This document shows, piece by piece, positions 38,104-51,744 of a stretch of 64,000 bases of DNA. The translations under genes were made by a program, and so were the position numbers. The first letter of the stretch is position 1. Each line of letters opens with the position of its first letter. Under the pieces are notes generated by a model. It was given only the letters and a program-made list of their open reading frames with translations. It was not told where the DNA came from and did not search any database. This DNA comes from the human T2T-CHM13v2.0 reference genome, Homo sapiens: the NCBI RefSeq assembly GCF_009914755.1, contig NC_060931.1. One strand, written 5' to 3'.

Positions 38104-39839
38104 GTTAGTAGAAGACGAAAAAAGACAAAATAGGGCGGGAATATAGACAGCGGAGGAAAATTGTGTCTAAACACCACTATAATTAACTTATTTTTTGTTC
38201 AGGAATCATTATGGCAATAAAAATAGAAGGACAAATGGGGGCCCAGCTATCTTTACTTCTTGTCATAAAGGTTTTGGGGCACCATCTAAGCATCCCAGTA
38301 AATGGGTCTTAAGTTTCTTTCTACAAAATCTGCATAGTTTGAAACCATCATCACATTTATTTCACTATCAAAGAAATTCTTCGATTATCATTTTTCCTGT
38401 CCTCTTTTCAAGATTATACATTTCCATCAAATAATCTATCTATTTTGGGAGGCTGTCCTTAAAAATGGGTCAAAAGGTAAAAGATAATCAACATTCAAGT
38501 CATAGTGCCACAGGAGGAAAAAGTAAGGTAATGAATGGTTTACCAGCTTTTTCTGTGTTTTACTGCTATTGTAAAAATAATGATGTCCCAATTAATATAA
38601 TCAGTGAATATGGATGCTACAACAAGATGAATAATACCTTATTTCATAGATGACCGGGGTTAACTAATGGTCCTTGTTCAGAAAGTCCAGATTTAATAGC
38701 CTGTAGAAGTAGAGTACAGTTTTTCTATCTATGAATTGTACTTTTTGTAGAAATCTGTCAGCTTTACTCAGCAGCTATCTCTACCTAAAGGCATATCTGT
38801 TCTGGATTAAATGTCAGTCCTCTCTTCTCTTCTTCCTGCTTTTCTATGGGTACAGAAATAGTTTATAGAAAATGAAAAGTTATTTTTGGGTCTAGGGATA
38901 TTAACTTGGATTTTGAATTTTGGAAATTCTTGTTAGAATTTTTTAAGTGAACAGATACACATCTGCTTACCGCTTAGTATAAATCTAATTATAATCAAAC
39001 TCATAAAATAATGTTAGAAAAACTAATATACAAAAGCAAATTTTCAAGGTACTGTAATATATTTGCCATAAGAGCCTTTTGCTGGTAATTGGAAGATTCA
39101 GCTTTACTTCACTGTTTAATCACCCACAAAACTGTTTATTGCCCTATATATTCCTCCAACAAGAACATTATGCTCTTAACGTGGCCCTCGGAGAACCAGG
39201 GAATACAGCAGGGTTACAGCACGTTCTATTTTTTTTTTCAAATATTACATTTGAAATTAAATTCAAAAGACAAATTTTAATCTGACCGTCAGGCTCTGAT
39301 AACACATACTCCAATTAGTACATGCTTGAACTGAAAGAGGTTATTATTTGATGCAGAATGATACAGGCAATGGATTAAGGCATAAATAACAATATCTGCA
39401 ACATAAGCTATGGGTCTAAAATATTAACTTTTAATTACATATGGTCAATCCTCAGTTTAGACCATAAAACTATAGTTTTTAAAGAAACTGTTAAATATTT
39501 TGTTCATAAATATGTTTACTGCATGTTTGTATATATTCATTTAGGTATATTTAGTTTTCTTTCTAAAGCTTTTAAATAAATACAACAATTACAAACTACT
39601 ACTTTTTTATTCAAAAGTAACTTTCTTCACAATCATTAGAAAAATAAAACTAGCTGCCATTAGTAATTTCTAGACAAAAATAGAGAAAAGTTAACAGACT
39701 GGTTATTTAAAATACTGTTTAAAATACTTTTTAAAACTTAAGTACTTATTTGCAATTGTAGTTATGTAGTTCTACACCTGTAGTTTAAGTTTTTACACAG
39801 ATATGCATATTGTGTGATAGCCACAATCTAAATATAGCA

Positions 39840-40920
39840 TCACGTATTTATAGAGCACCTAATGTGTGCTGAGCACTGTACAAGGCATAGGGATACAGAG
39901 ATTTAAAAAATGTCTCTTCTCTGAATGAGCTTTAGCGTATAGTGGTGTGAAAGATATTTAAACAGATCCTTACAGTGTTCTATGTAAGGCTATAGTGGAG
40001 TTGTTAAAAGGTGTAGCGGAACTGAGGAGAAGAAGATGGGTCTTAGAAGAGAAGCGGAAGTTTGCTGGGTTGATAAGACTGGGACAAGCATACCTGGTAG
40101 GTGCTGTAGGAAACAACATCAGGTGCTACAGCCTGGAGGGATTAGAGGCCATGCAAAAGATTTGGTTGAATAAGCACTAGTACTGTAGTTTGGTATTTCT
40201 GGAGCAAGAATGGAAAAGACACAGAAGGAGAGAATATCTGGAAGTATTCTATATTGCCATTTTAAAGGAGGTCATTCATGCTATAGGTTATGAGGAGCCA
40301 TTTAACAAACTTTATGCAAAAAAGATGTGGTAAGATTTGCATGTAAGATAACCTTATTAGCAGCTTTGTGGATGACAGATTTAACAGCACAGTTAAAGGC
40401 AAGAAGACTACTGAAGGGACCACTGTTAAAATCTAGACTAGAAATGATGAACGCGTGAATTAGGATAGCAGATGTGGAGATAAGAAGGAAGATGCAGACA
40501 TGAGACATATTTAGGAGGTGGAAAACAAATAGTCTGCTCTGATTAATCAGATGGTACATGAGGAAAAGAGAGAAGCCACCAGTGATGCCCAGGTTCTGTT
40601 CTGGCTCATGGAGAATAAAGAGGTTTGTCTTTAGAGACAAAGCAGAAATAGGCTAGTGGCTGGAGTAGAAGGAGGTGCAGTTACATCCATTCTGAGTAAG
40701 CTCTAGATCCCTATATTTACAAGTGATGATATTTAGTAGGCAGTGGAATGTAGCATATATATTTTGAAGCCCAGATGGAAGATATAGGATGGAAATAGTG
40801 TTTGTGCCTCAGCTGCTTAAAATGTTATTTTGAACCCATGGCTAGAGTATACTGCAGAGTCTGAATAGTCAGGAAAGAAGTAGGCCAAGCACCGAACCCT
40901 GAGAATGACTGATTCTGGAA
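39840..40920 (-). mobile_element. L2 LINE remnant (~1 kb)
   Basis: tatttatagagcacctaatgtgtgctgagcactgtacaaggcatagggatacagag...tgagacatatttaggaggtggaaa...gtgatgcccaggtt. Confidence 0.8.
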
Positions 40921-41536
40921 TGGGCAGGCCATAAAGAATATTAGATAGGTTCATGTCAGGGAAATAAACCTTACAAAACTTTAAAATTATACTCATGCGT
41001 ACATTTCTATTCTACATGCCAACTGTTAATTTAAGTTACAGGACTTGTTTTGATTACTGCCTTTATATAGAAAATTGTTAAGAAAGATGATCTTAAATAC
41101 TGAGAGTTTTAAAAATTATCCTTTCCAATGAAAGATACTGGCTTGCACTTAGCTTTCAGTTATGGCTAATGAAGAGAGGATTTCAGGCTGTGGAAAGGGA
41201 ACCCACTCAGTAAGGGTTTGATCTCTTCCTGTAGCCTTTCTTCTTCCATTTTTTAAGAGAATGGTTTATACATTTTATTTGTATGTATTTATACATATTT
41301 ATTGTATTTACTATGTGCCAGGGAGTGTCTGAGGCACTATATGCAGTATGTAATGAAAGATACTGAAATTCCTGCCCTGGGGAGCTTAAATTCAAGTGGG
41401 TCAGATAAATAACAAACCAAATAAATAAGTTAAATGATATAGCATGTTAGTTAGATTGAAATACGCGTAATGGAGAAAAATAAAGTCAGAAAGAGGCATA
41501 GGGAGGGAATCCAGTGTTGGAGGCAAGGGGTGAAAT

Positions 41537-41710
41537 CAGGGCTGGCTTCACGGGTGTGCAATCTGGGGAGTCACTGAGGGAACCACATCCAGAAGGGCTT
41601 CGTATTTGGTTTAATACTCACCATCACCATCTAGAGCTTAATAATTTTTTAACAAGCTATTCTGCATTTTCATTTTGCACTGTACCCCTCAAATGATGCA
41701 GTTGACTCTG
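41537..41710. mobile_element. MER91A-like hAT MITE
   Basis: cagggctggcttcacgggtgtgcaa...ctgcattttcattttgcactg...gcagttgactctg. Confidence 0.7.
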
Positions 41711-41745
41711 GTTGTAATTTTAAATACGGTGGGCGAGGGAGGCCT

Positions 41746-42125
41746 GTATGTGATGTCTTTTATTTGGATCACCAGATACGCTCTCCACATTTCTCTTGAA
41801 CTCTTTGTCCCAGGAGGTTATGTGGATTGTAGTAGTGGGCTCCTTTGCCCTCTGGCTTCCGATTTGGTACACATAATGAGGATCCCCAGTTGAAGTTCAA
41901 AGGTCACTGCTTTTCTCAAGGGAGGCCTGTCTACCCATATCTCATATACCGGGTTCTATAAGTGCTCCCAGCCCTTGTCCAGCAGTGGTAACAGCTCTGC
42001 TTTATCAGGCCTGGGATATGCATATCCTTCCTAGACTCCCTCTGCTCCCTGCCCATACCTTTGTTAAATCTTTCTTAAATTTTTCTACTTTGAGTTTGTC
42101 ATCTGTGTTTTGTCAGCACTCTGAC
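41746..42125 (+). mobile_element. LTR33-like ERVL solo LTR remnant
   Basis: ctcctttgccctctggcttccgatttgg...ccctgcccatacctttgttaaat...tttgagtttgtcatctgtgtt. Confidence 0.65.
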
Positions 42126-43459
42126 GGAAAAAACCTCATTAGGAAGGCAGCACTGGAGTAGACTCCTGAAAGTGGGGAGGGGAAGCCATGCAGCTGTTTG
42201 GAGGAAGAGAATTTCAGGCACTGGAAATAGCCGAGGGGAAGGTGGTAGAAGGAAGTGGGATTGGGAATTCTTGGGTAGAAGTAGGAGTGATGTAGTAAAT
42301 GAGTTCAGTTTCATTCATTTAAAGCTTGAAATTTCTACTAACCACCAAGTAAATATGAGATAGGAAGAAAAACTAGAAGAATATGTTGCCCTAGGAGTTA
42401 GGGAAGAAAATGTTTCAAGGAGGAAGGAAGGATGGAGCTAGTATGTTAATGTAGCTGAAGGTCAAATAAGATGAGGATGAAGAATGGATAAGTGAAGTTA
42501 GCCTCTTGGAGTCATTATTAACACTGAGAAGACTGGTTTCTGTACAGTGATGTGGGTGAAAATCTGACTGGAGTGGACTTAAGAGAATGGGAGGAGAAAA
42601 AACACCAGTTGTGAGTAAAGACAACTTTTTGAAGGAGTTTCACAGTGAAGAAAAGGAGAGAAATAGGAAGTCACTGGAGGCAGAAGCAGAGAGACAGAGA
42701 TTTTAAAAAATATATAGGATAACAAACAGCACGTTAGTATGCTATTGGAAAAGATCTTATAGACAGGATAATATTGATGACTCAGGAGAGAGCATAAGAA
42801 TTGCTAAAGCCATGTCCTTGTAGGTGAAAGGGGATGAGTCTAGTAAATAAGTAGAGTGCAGGCCTGGCTATGAGCAAGAAGAGGTCTCAGGGCATGTGAC
42901 ATTGAGCTATTTAGCAGATAATAATCAATCAATATTGACTTTCAGTCTTCCTACAGTACAATCTTCCAATACTTTGTGAGCAGTTAGGACGTTAGTATAT
43001 AATCAAGATCTTGGAGTTTAACTCACTGTTTTGTCACTGATGAGCTCCAAGACCCCAGACAAAAACATCCAACCTTTGTGAGACTTAGTTTGCCTTTAAT
43101 TATAAAACGTAGTAACTACTGGTCATTGCAGTGCCTGGAAAATTAATGAGTTATATAAGTAAACCTCCCCAGGTGCCAAATCTCTCTGACATTGCTGCTA
43201 CAGAACTTCATGGAGAGAAAAAAATGAAAAGTGCTTATAGACAGAGACGTCTAGAAATGACCAGTGGAGATCTTTTCACAGTCTGTTACCCGATTTTGTT
43301 AACCTTAAATTTCCTCCAGATGAAAGGTATTTAGTCTCTATGCCTTAATACTCACTGTAATTTTCATTTCTGAGAAAACTGTTTTGTATAAATGCACGTT
43401 TAGTATTCTACTTGCCATTATTTCCATGAGAATCTTGCATGTGACACTTGACCACAGAT

Positions 43460-43720
43460 TCATCATCCTTGGAGACACAGCTCAAATGTCACTGCCACTG
43501 GAAGACATTCCTGAGTCACCCCCAGGGAGAACATCTCCTTCTTGTTCCTATTGTACTCTGTTCATACCTGTGCTATGACACTGAACAGGCTGCCTTGTAA
43601 CGATCTGTTTACATTTCTATCTCTTCCAGACCATGAGCACCTTATCTTACCTTCCTCTGAGTCCTCAGTGACTTGCACAAAGTAGATGTGAGATAAACAT
43701 TTGCCGAATGAATGAATTTA
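43460..43720 (+). mobile_element. L2 3' end
   Basis: cagctcaaatgtcact...agaccatgagcacc...cacaaagtagatgtgagataaacatttgccgaatgaatgaa. Confidence 0.8.
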
Positions 43721-45914
43721 AATATAAATTTCTGAAAGGAGGCTGGTCAAATAAAATAGCATGATATGCGAGGAAAGATATGGACTAAATGGATACTAAG
43801 GCAGAAGGTTTGTATAAGTGTTCATGAGAAAAGGAGGTTCATGATGCATATTCTTATTAATTCTAAGTATTTTATAAAGAGGCCCTATTTTCAAAAATGG
43901 CTATGGTAAAAAGAGTCAGGGAACACATTCTTGACTAGGCTTTAATATTAAAAACAGATTTTGGAGCTGCTTTATTTCCTTTCTTGGTAACATGTATGTA
44001 CAGACAGACTTAGGGATTTACTTGTTTCCTTAAGAAAGTATATACATGCCCTTGTTCAACTTTTATTTCTAGGGGAACCCTGACATCAATGAACTACTGA
44101 AGTTATAGCTTCAATAATTTCAAATAAGAGAGGATACAAATGAATTGAGTTTATGTTGTGTGAATTTTCAGAATTGAACTTCCTGGCAGAAGCAAAGTTG
44201 CTTATTATTATTAGATTCATTCTTTCCCAACCCAGTTACTCCTTTTACCCCTGCTGTGAGGTCTCTGTCTTTGAATTCTTTATTAAGCTTTTTAACAGAC
44301 AATCTGCTCCAGCACTTTCTGAGGAGAAAAAAAGCTTCCTTTTCTCCCCACAATGCCAGTTAAGCCTTCCATTTAATATGAAATCAAGTGGAGACATCTG
44401 TGCTTTGTCATCACAAAAGAAAACCGTTTTATTTTTCTAATTATTATCTACTTATCAGCCTTGGGTTGAGAATTCACTTGCTTTTGTGCCACCTTGAGAA
44501 TTCAGTCTCAATTCTCCACGTCCAGGCCTAAGATAGTATCATTCCCTTTCTATTAGTGTTTATCTGCATCTGCCTTAGAGAAGTTGTTTACATCCAATAT
44601 TGGACTACCCTTCACATTAAGTTTAAATTGGAAACTTCTTTTTCTAATAGAGATAATCTGTATAGTGTTCAGGAAACTACAATAATTCAGCAATAGATGA
44701 AAATGTTTTAAAACTGTGAAGGGCTCTGAAGCTGATGTTTTCCATTATCAGTTGTTTGTTTAGGTAAATTACATTAAAGGTCAGAAATGAAATGCCCATA
44801 CCAACAACTAGACTGAGAAGTGGTCTATTACTCACTGCTTTCAGCTTATATAAAAGAGTTTTTGTTGTCCCCAACTCCCAGGAGGGCAACTGCTGGGAAG
44901 GAATGAAGTTCCTAGAAGATACCAATCCATATTGAAAGGGAGCAACGTGTTGGTTACGTTTTCCTTCCAACATATCACAGAATTGAATCTTTTTTGGTCT
45001 GTGCTTTCTTTTTGTTCTACAATATATTTATTTCAAAATCTCTCATAGCACTTCAATACCTGGAATATCTCAAAAGGTTTGCTGACTATTGTTAACAGCT
45101 CTGACTAAACACCTATTTCTTACTACAAGTGTAGAACGCCAGATAGGATCATCACAGTAGGCACCTCACAAAGGTCATGCAGACCTTAGAGGAAATTATG
45201 GCCCAACAAGCCACAGGAGCCAGAGAAGTCAAACCAGATGTATAAGTGACATAAGTGGGTTGGAGAATAGAGAAAGCAAACATTGCAATGCAGCGATATC
45301 AGGTGAATTTGAAAAGCATCTGCTACCAAATACAGGGCTTGCTGATGAGTAAGGGAGAATGAGAGCTGTTGGTGTATCAGAGCAGTTCTTCCTATGGATG
45401 GCTGAGATTCAAAGCTGGTCCACCTTTCAGCCAGTCAAACTTTAAACTTTTGGTGGCAGCAAACATCTCTAACATAGTGGGATTCCAGAAGGGGACTAAG
45501 TGGTTTCTCAGTCTGTAGAATATGAGCACTCCACTAGAAAAACAAATGGGAAATAATGACTTCTTGACGATGGGGATGGTAAAAAACGAAAATATAGCCA
45601 TTCCTCTTTATCTACCTCACATCAAGCCCTGCTGACTGTTTAGCAAACAAAGCTTTCCAATGATCAATGATGTCCTTTCCATGACAGAAGAATCTTGAAC
45701 TCATCAACCTAGATTCGATATAGTACTAGGGTGGAATTAATGCCATCTCTATTTAGGCTGGTTATAAGAAATCAAGAACACTATGCTGAAGTCCTTCCTA
45801 ATGATCTCCAAAAGTAAACATATTCTACAGGAAGGATTCACAGTGTCATAAAATTGAAGTAGATATGCATCAATCAAGTACCTCTCAGGAGATTTTAAAT
45901 TTTTATGAAAATAA

Positions 45915-46135
45915 CCATTTATACTTATCAGATGCTTACTGTAGGCTGGGAACTTACTATGTGTAAAGGCTAACCTCATTGACATGTATTGTCTAATGTA
46001 ATCCTTACAACTATCTTGTGAAGCAAATATGATTACAAATCCAATTTCACAGATGAGGAACCTGAGGCTTAAAGAGTTTAAACAAACACTTAGCTGTTAA
46101 TTGGCAGCTTGAGCCCTTAACATCTATGCCATGCT
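45915..46135 (-). mobile_element. MIR
   Basis: taatccttacaactatcttgtgaag...atttcacagatgaggaacctgaggcttaaagagtttaa. Confidence 0.8.
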
Positions 46136-49100
46136 GAGTATAAATCACAGCTTATTCATTTCTCTAACTTCTGACCTCTAGTGTCATCATGACAATTGTC
46201 AGGTCTACATAACATACCTTAAATGTTCTGTTTGTACCAAAGCTAAACACTGCCAGCATAGCTCCCTGGTCAACACGGGGTCCGTACCTCTGCCCCTGTC
46301 CCACTCCTAGCTTCTACCTAGACTGGGGTCCTAAAAGCAGATAATGCTTTGAATTCTTTCTCTAACAGCCATCATCCCTTCCTTTCCAAAGAATCACGGA
46401 ACTTGGCAAATATTTTAACAGCTATTTTAAGGCATTTAAAAGATTTAATTGCAACTTATTACATTTGCCTCCTAATGTATTTCCAAATTTTATTTCTCCC
46501 AAAAGTTATATAAAATAACTTCTTAGAGGTTTTATCTGGGAAAGAGACTTCTGGTAAATGTATCACTTTTTTTTTTTCCCCATCGGCAAGGTGCTTCAGA
46601 GTGCTCAAAAATGTATAAAATACTTGAATTATAACTACAAAATTTTAAATTTCTAAAATTGTGGGTCCACAAAAACTATAAATCCTAATCAATCAATCTA
46701 TGTAAGAAAACAAGCTTATGGCCTTCATGGTAAGACCACTACTGGCTGCAAAATGGCACGTTCTGTGTATAACGAACATGTTCATTTGAAGAGCTTATCA
46801 CATTGCCTGAACATCAACTCCCGTCTAGGCCTGCCTCGGTGTCATTCTCCAAGTCACCTTTGCTTCAAAATCTTGTATTTATCCTTCACTCTTTTGTATC
46901 CTTCTTGACCTCTTCACAAGCACCAAATATTATTTTTTCTTTAAGTAGCTTTGTCTGGGAGGGCAGAGGTCAGAGGCAGGCTGCTAGGAATGGACTAGTG
47001 AAATCCTATGGAGGTTTCTAAGGAAATCTTATCTGCTGAACTGAGTTAATGTCCACTTGTATTTTGGACACATGCCCAGAAGCTAGTGGATAGCAGGGTC
47101 TTTTATAAGCAATACAATTCCCAAAAACCGAAAGCAAAAAATAAAAGATAATGTTCGGAGAGCAAGAGCAAGGGCAACCATAAACATATACTCCACCCTG
47201 CATTTGTTTTTGAAAGCATTTCTCCCATTTCCTATTATTATTAATCAGGATTTGTTTAAAGTTTAATTTTAACCATTCTCTTTTCCTGTAACACTATATG
47301 TAATAAAACCATCCTTTGAGCTGGGGAATAGCTCCATGGTAACAGATTCTCAAACATCAGCACAGGATGGAGCTTTTAGTGTGTGATCACAGTTCAGCAA
47401 AGGAGGAGGAGGAGGAAAATGAAGAAATCCACATTGGGTTTCTTTCCTTCTTTGGGATAACATCCTGAGAAAAAGAAATCAGAAATCTTGAGAGGTTACT
47501 GAGAGTGGGGGAAGGAAAATGGAGTCAAGTGATAGAACAAGCTTAACATTTCAATATGCTAGTTATGGAATTTCCTTTGTTTTAGCTTCCTGAAGAAATG
47601 AAAAATACACTTCCTATTCAATGGAGAAGAAAATAACTTTCAACCCTGACGACACACTTTCCGGCATATACTGAATTTGATTCATTCATTCACTTATTCA
47701 GCATTCATTGAGTGCCTACTCTGAGCAAGCAAAGCCCTACGGTGGGCAGTGTACTAGGGTCCAGGTTCATTAGTTTTTAATAGGATAAATCTTTGTGAAA
47801 GAGTGTTATATACACAACAAATTAAATGTTTCCATCTCAAATATCTGGCTATACTAGAAGCCAGACATCAAAATCCCACCTGAACACTACTAAATGGGAA
47901 GGTCTTTTATACACTTTTCTAATAGTTACCATATAACACTGACAAACCACTTAAATCTTTATAAAAACTTCATAATTTGCCTGCCAAGTTCAGCCAAACC
48001 TCACAAATTGGAGTAACTTGATTTAAAGCAGGGCAATAGTAAATTAGGGAAGTATTTCAAATAAGGGCCATTTTAAACTATCATCATTGTTGTTGGACAG
48101 AAATCCTCCTTAAAGAAAACTGCGAATATTTTATATATGGAGCTTAGATTGTCTGTAGGTATATGGGTGCTTCTAAAGTGCTTAAGGGTGTTTAATATAA
48201 TTTGTTCTTCCAATCTTGCTTGCACTATTAATTTGGTTAATGGGTTAGTAATCCTTTCTTTATAGATAGCAGGACAGTAAACTTCAGCCCAGCTCTTTGC
48301 TAAATTATTACACTCTCTGAACAAATGGGGTGCAGATTAATGACGTTTTACTCAAAGGCTTTAATTCACAGAAGCCTTAAATGAAGCGATACATCCTTGT
48401 TTCCATTTAATGAAAATAATAAAGAAATGAAAACTGACTTGAATACAAGGTAACAGAACTGGATAACTACCTGCCAACATTGAAATCATCTTCAAAGTAT
48501 GCCTTCTGGCAAATGAAAGGGCTCTGACCACCTACTGACAATGCCAACTATATAACCACTTAAAGATGAACAAAAAAAGTACTTACAATCCTTTCTTGGG
48601 TGCAGTGAGTCTCACAATATGTCATAAATACATAAAATCATATGGCACATTAACAATAAACTAAAGGGGTTTTCTGATTTTCAAGTTTTTAAATTCATTT
48701 AATCATAAAGCAATATATGAGTCCCCCCACTCAAAAAAGGCAAATATTCCTATTTGCACTATTCAGCCAAAAATAAAGTGAATAGATGAAAGAATATCAT
48801 CACATGTAATATTGTCTACATCAGTATATCACGATTGAGCTTTTAAATAACTCACTGGTATTAAGAATTCTCTGTGTAAGGCACAATTAATATCAACAAA
48901 TCCTGTATTAAAAAATTGTGAACCTGACAAGTCAACAAACATTTTGAAATATTTGCTCATAAGGTAGCACCTAATTATAATAAAAATCCAAATGTAGGAT
49001 AATGAATATGTCAATGAAAGAGAATTATGACTTCAAAGTGGGAAAAAGAATATGTAGCTCCTTTTTTGTTACTAAATTACTCAGGGAGAAAATGTTAGTA

Positions 49101-49984
49101 TTTAAGTGCAGCATCATTACTCCTGAAAGAATTACTCATAAATCCATCAAGCTCAAAATAAATGCTACTATTATTCTTTTACTTCTAATCTTCTAGCCAA
49201 CCAAGATGTTATTAAAAACATTAAAAACTAGTTAATGTCTTTGTGGTTTCTTGTATTGATCGAAGATGATGAAGGGAAGAGCTACTGGAAACTATACCGA
49301 TCCAGTAACAGGCTTGAACTTGAATCCCAAACCTCAATTTTTACATCTATAAAATGAAGAAATACTGCTGACCTAGACATTTTGCCGCTATATTCTTATT
49401 CAGCAATCTGAAAAGAAAAGCTTAATTAACCTGTAGAATAGATAGCAAAATCAAGATAAAAGATATCTTGTAGATTTGAAGAGTACACATCTACTATGTA
49501 AAAGCAGGTAGGATAAGAGGAACAGTTTTCATTTCTCCTCATAAAATATTCTATGCCTATAATAAATTAGATTGCTAAGGTTAATGGTGAATAGAAGTTT
49601 CCAACCATAAACATTATCATAGGAAATTAAATACTCACAGAGGAAAGTTATAGACATATTTATATCCCAGAAGAGAAGACAAGATTACTAATGAGATTCC
49701 AAGTTTGCAAAAATTGTGGCTGGGCTGAAGAAGTTATCATGACTCTCAAGATATGCCCATTAAATATCATATTGGGGGGACACAGTATGGACTGAAGAGA
49801 ATCATCAATGTTTTCAAAATTTTTTTTTCTTCGATATGACATTACCACAACCACTTTCTATTTAGGATTCTATATTCAGTACTCAGTATTTTGTCTATGG
49901 TTAGGGTATGCTGCTAGTAGATGGAGTAATGGCTAGGTCATAACTACTGGAAATCATTCACTCATTTGAGAAATCTTAAAATTT

Positions 49985-50110
49985 CTTTTATTTTTAATTT
50001 ACATCTAAACATTGTGCAGTGCGCTGTCTGTTTAGATACATCTATACATTGTGAAATGATCAAATTGGGGTAATTAGCTTATCAATAACCTCAAACACTT
50101 AGCTTTTAAT
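49985..50110 (-). mobile_element. Short L1MA-like 3' fragment
   Basis: tatacattgtgaaatgatcaaattggggtaattagcttatcaataacctcaaacactta. Confidence 0.65.
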
Positions 50111-50631
50111 ACTTTATTTACTATAATAGCCATCTATTTATTAAATAGAAATTTAACACGTCTTTTTTAAAGTAGGCTAGTATTTCCATTAGATTTTTAA
50201 AAACTGTTTTTGCTAGTGCTGTAGTTACAAAGCTGTGTAAGTTTTGAGTGGTGTGCCTCATCCTATTTTTTAAAAATATACTTGATTTGCAGTGTGTGGT
50301 TGTGCACATTGTGGGTGTTTTCAGGACCACATATAGCATGTTACAGCAGAAATTCCGTATCATGTGGCTATAATTTATTGACCACGTAATTATTAGTTCT
50401 AATGATTTAATTAAATATAATTTGTTGTGACTGTATTGGTTATTGAGTTATCTACAAATAGAATAAATTACACATTTCCAAATAACATAGGAGAGATTTA
50501 TTTAAATAGTTTAATTGGTGAAATACAATCTAAAGATAGACTATTTCTGACTAATTTCTGGCTCTTAATAAACTTGTATTTGACTCCAATCTGGAAAGGC
50601 TTTAACTTGTCAAAAATTAAACAGTAAATGT

Positions 50632-50929
50632 GGCCGGGCGCAGTGGCTCAGGCCTGTAATCCCAGCACTTTGGGAGTCTAAGGCAGGCAGATCACTTGAG
50701 GTCAGGAGTCGAAGACCAACTTGGCCCACATGGCGAAGTCCCGTCTCTACTAAAAAATGCATATATTAGCCGGGCGTGGTGATGCGCGCTTGTAATCCCA
50801 GTTACTTGGGAGGCTGAGGCAGGAGAATCGCTTGAACCCAGGAGGCCGTAAGCCGAGATCGTACCACTGCACTCCAGCCTGTGTGACAGTGTGAGACTTC
50901 ATTTAAAAAAAAAAAAAAAAAAAAAAAAA
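50632..50929 (+). mobile_element. AluS (Sz/Sx-like), no visible TSD
   Basis: ggccgggcgcagtggctcaggcctgtaatcccagcactttggg...agatcacttgaggtcaggagt; long A tail; short right-arm deletion. Confidence 0.94.
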
Positions 50930-51744
50930 GATTTTTCATTTCTTATTTGGGAATAGGAAATTTTCATGGTGGGAGTCAGGGGAAGAAATAAAATCACATT
51001 AATTTGCCATTTTTAATCCTTTTTGAATGGTTTCCTTTATGAAAACTGAGAATTTACATTTGTCCTAACTTTTTATTTCATTAAGAGAAAATGCTTAATA
51101 TCTTGCTTTTTGGTCTCTCTACACAGAAGGCAGAAACGTAACTGATTAGAGATTCTGATGAATTCAGAGCAGTTGTAATCAGAAACTTCAGGCAATTAAG
51201 TATTCAAGGGTGGAACCTAATGTTTGGGTTCCCAGGGCTTCTGAGGAAACTTACAGCAATTTTCATGCTTAATTGGGCCATTGGATCCTGTCTGCGTGAG
51301 GGGAGAAAAACAAGGTCCTCCTTGTTTGGCATTTAAAATGACTTCATTAATGATTACGTGGAAGCATTAACTTCAGAGTCATTACAATGCTATCAGCATT
51401 TCCTGTTTTTCTTGTTCTAGTATTTATTTTGCAAGATGCCAAACTGACCTTTCAGTCTGTCATATAATTTATTTATCCTATTAAGCCATATTGTTGTTGC
51501 TTATGAGTTGGACAGACTTGCCCAAAGATAACCTTACCTACAAAAGAACCAGTTTGTGTTTTTGCAAAATGGAAAAGATTGATGACAGACACAAGCAAAC
51601 AGAACCAGAAAGAGATTTCATGCATGGGAGAAACGATGTTCCTAAACCAAGTTTTTAATTACTTTAATTTACTTTCAGTATGGGTTTAAACTGGTTCATT
51701 TTTAAATAATTGATTTTGAATTGATCTGTATACCTTAGGATTTT

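Larger units (their letters stand above)
41270..42880 (-). mobile_element. L2 LINE remnant with nested MER91-like and LTR33-like insertions
   Basis: atttattgtatttactatgtgccagg...cctgccctggggagcttaaattc...ggaggaagagaatttcaggcactggaaatagc...gggtgaaatctgactggagtgg. Confidence 0.8.

Noticed and set aside
49373-49407. 35-nt minus-strand exon-like segment after cttttcttttcag
   Set aside because: Weak donor (gtcagc), abuts a MIR fragment, no recognisable peptide.
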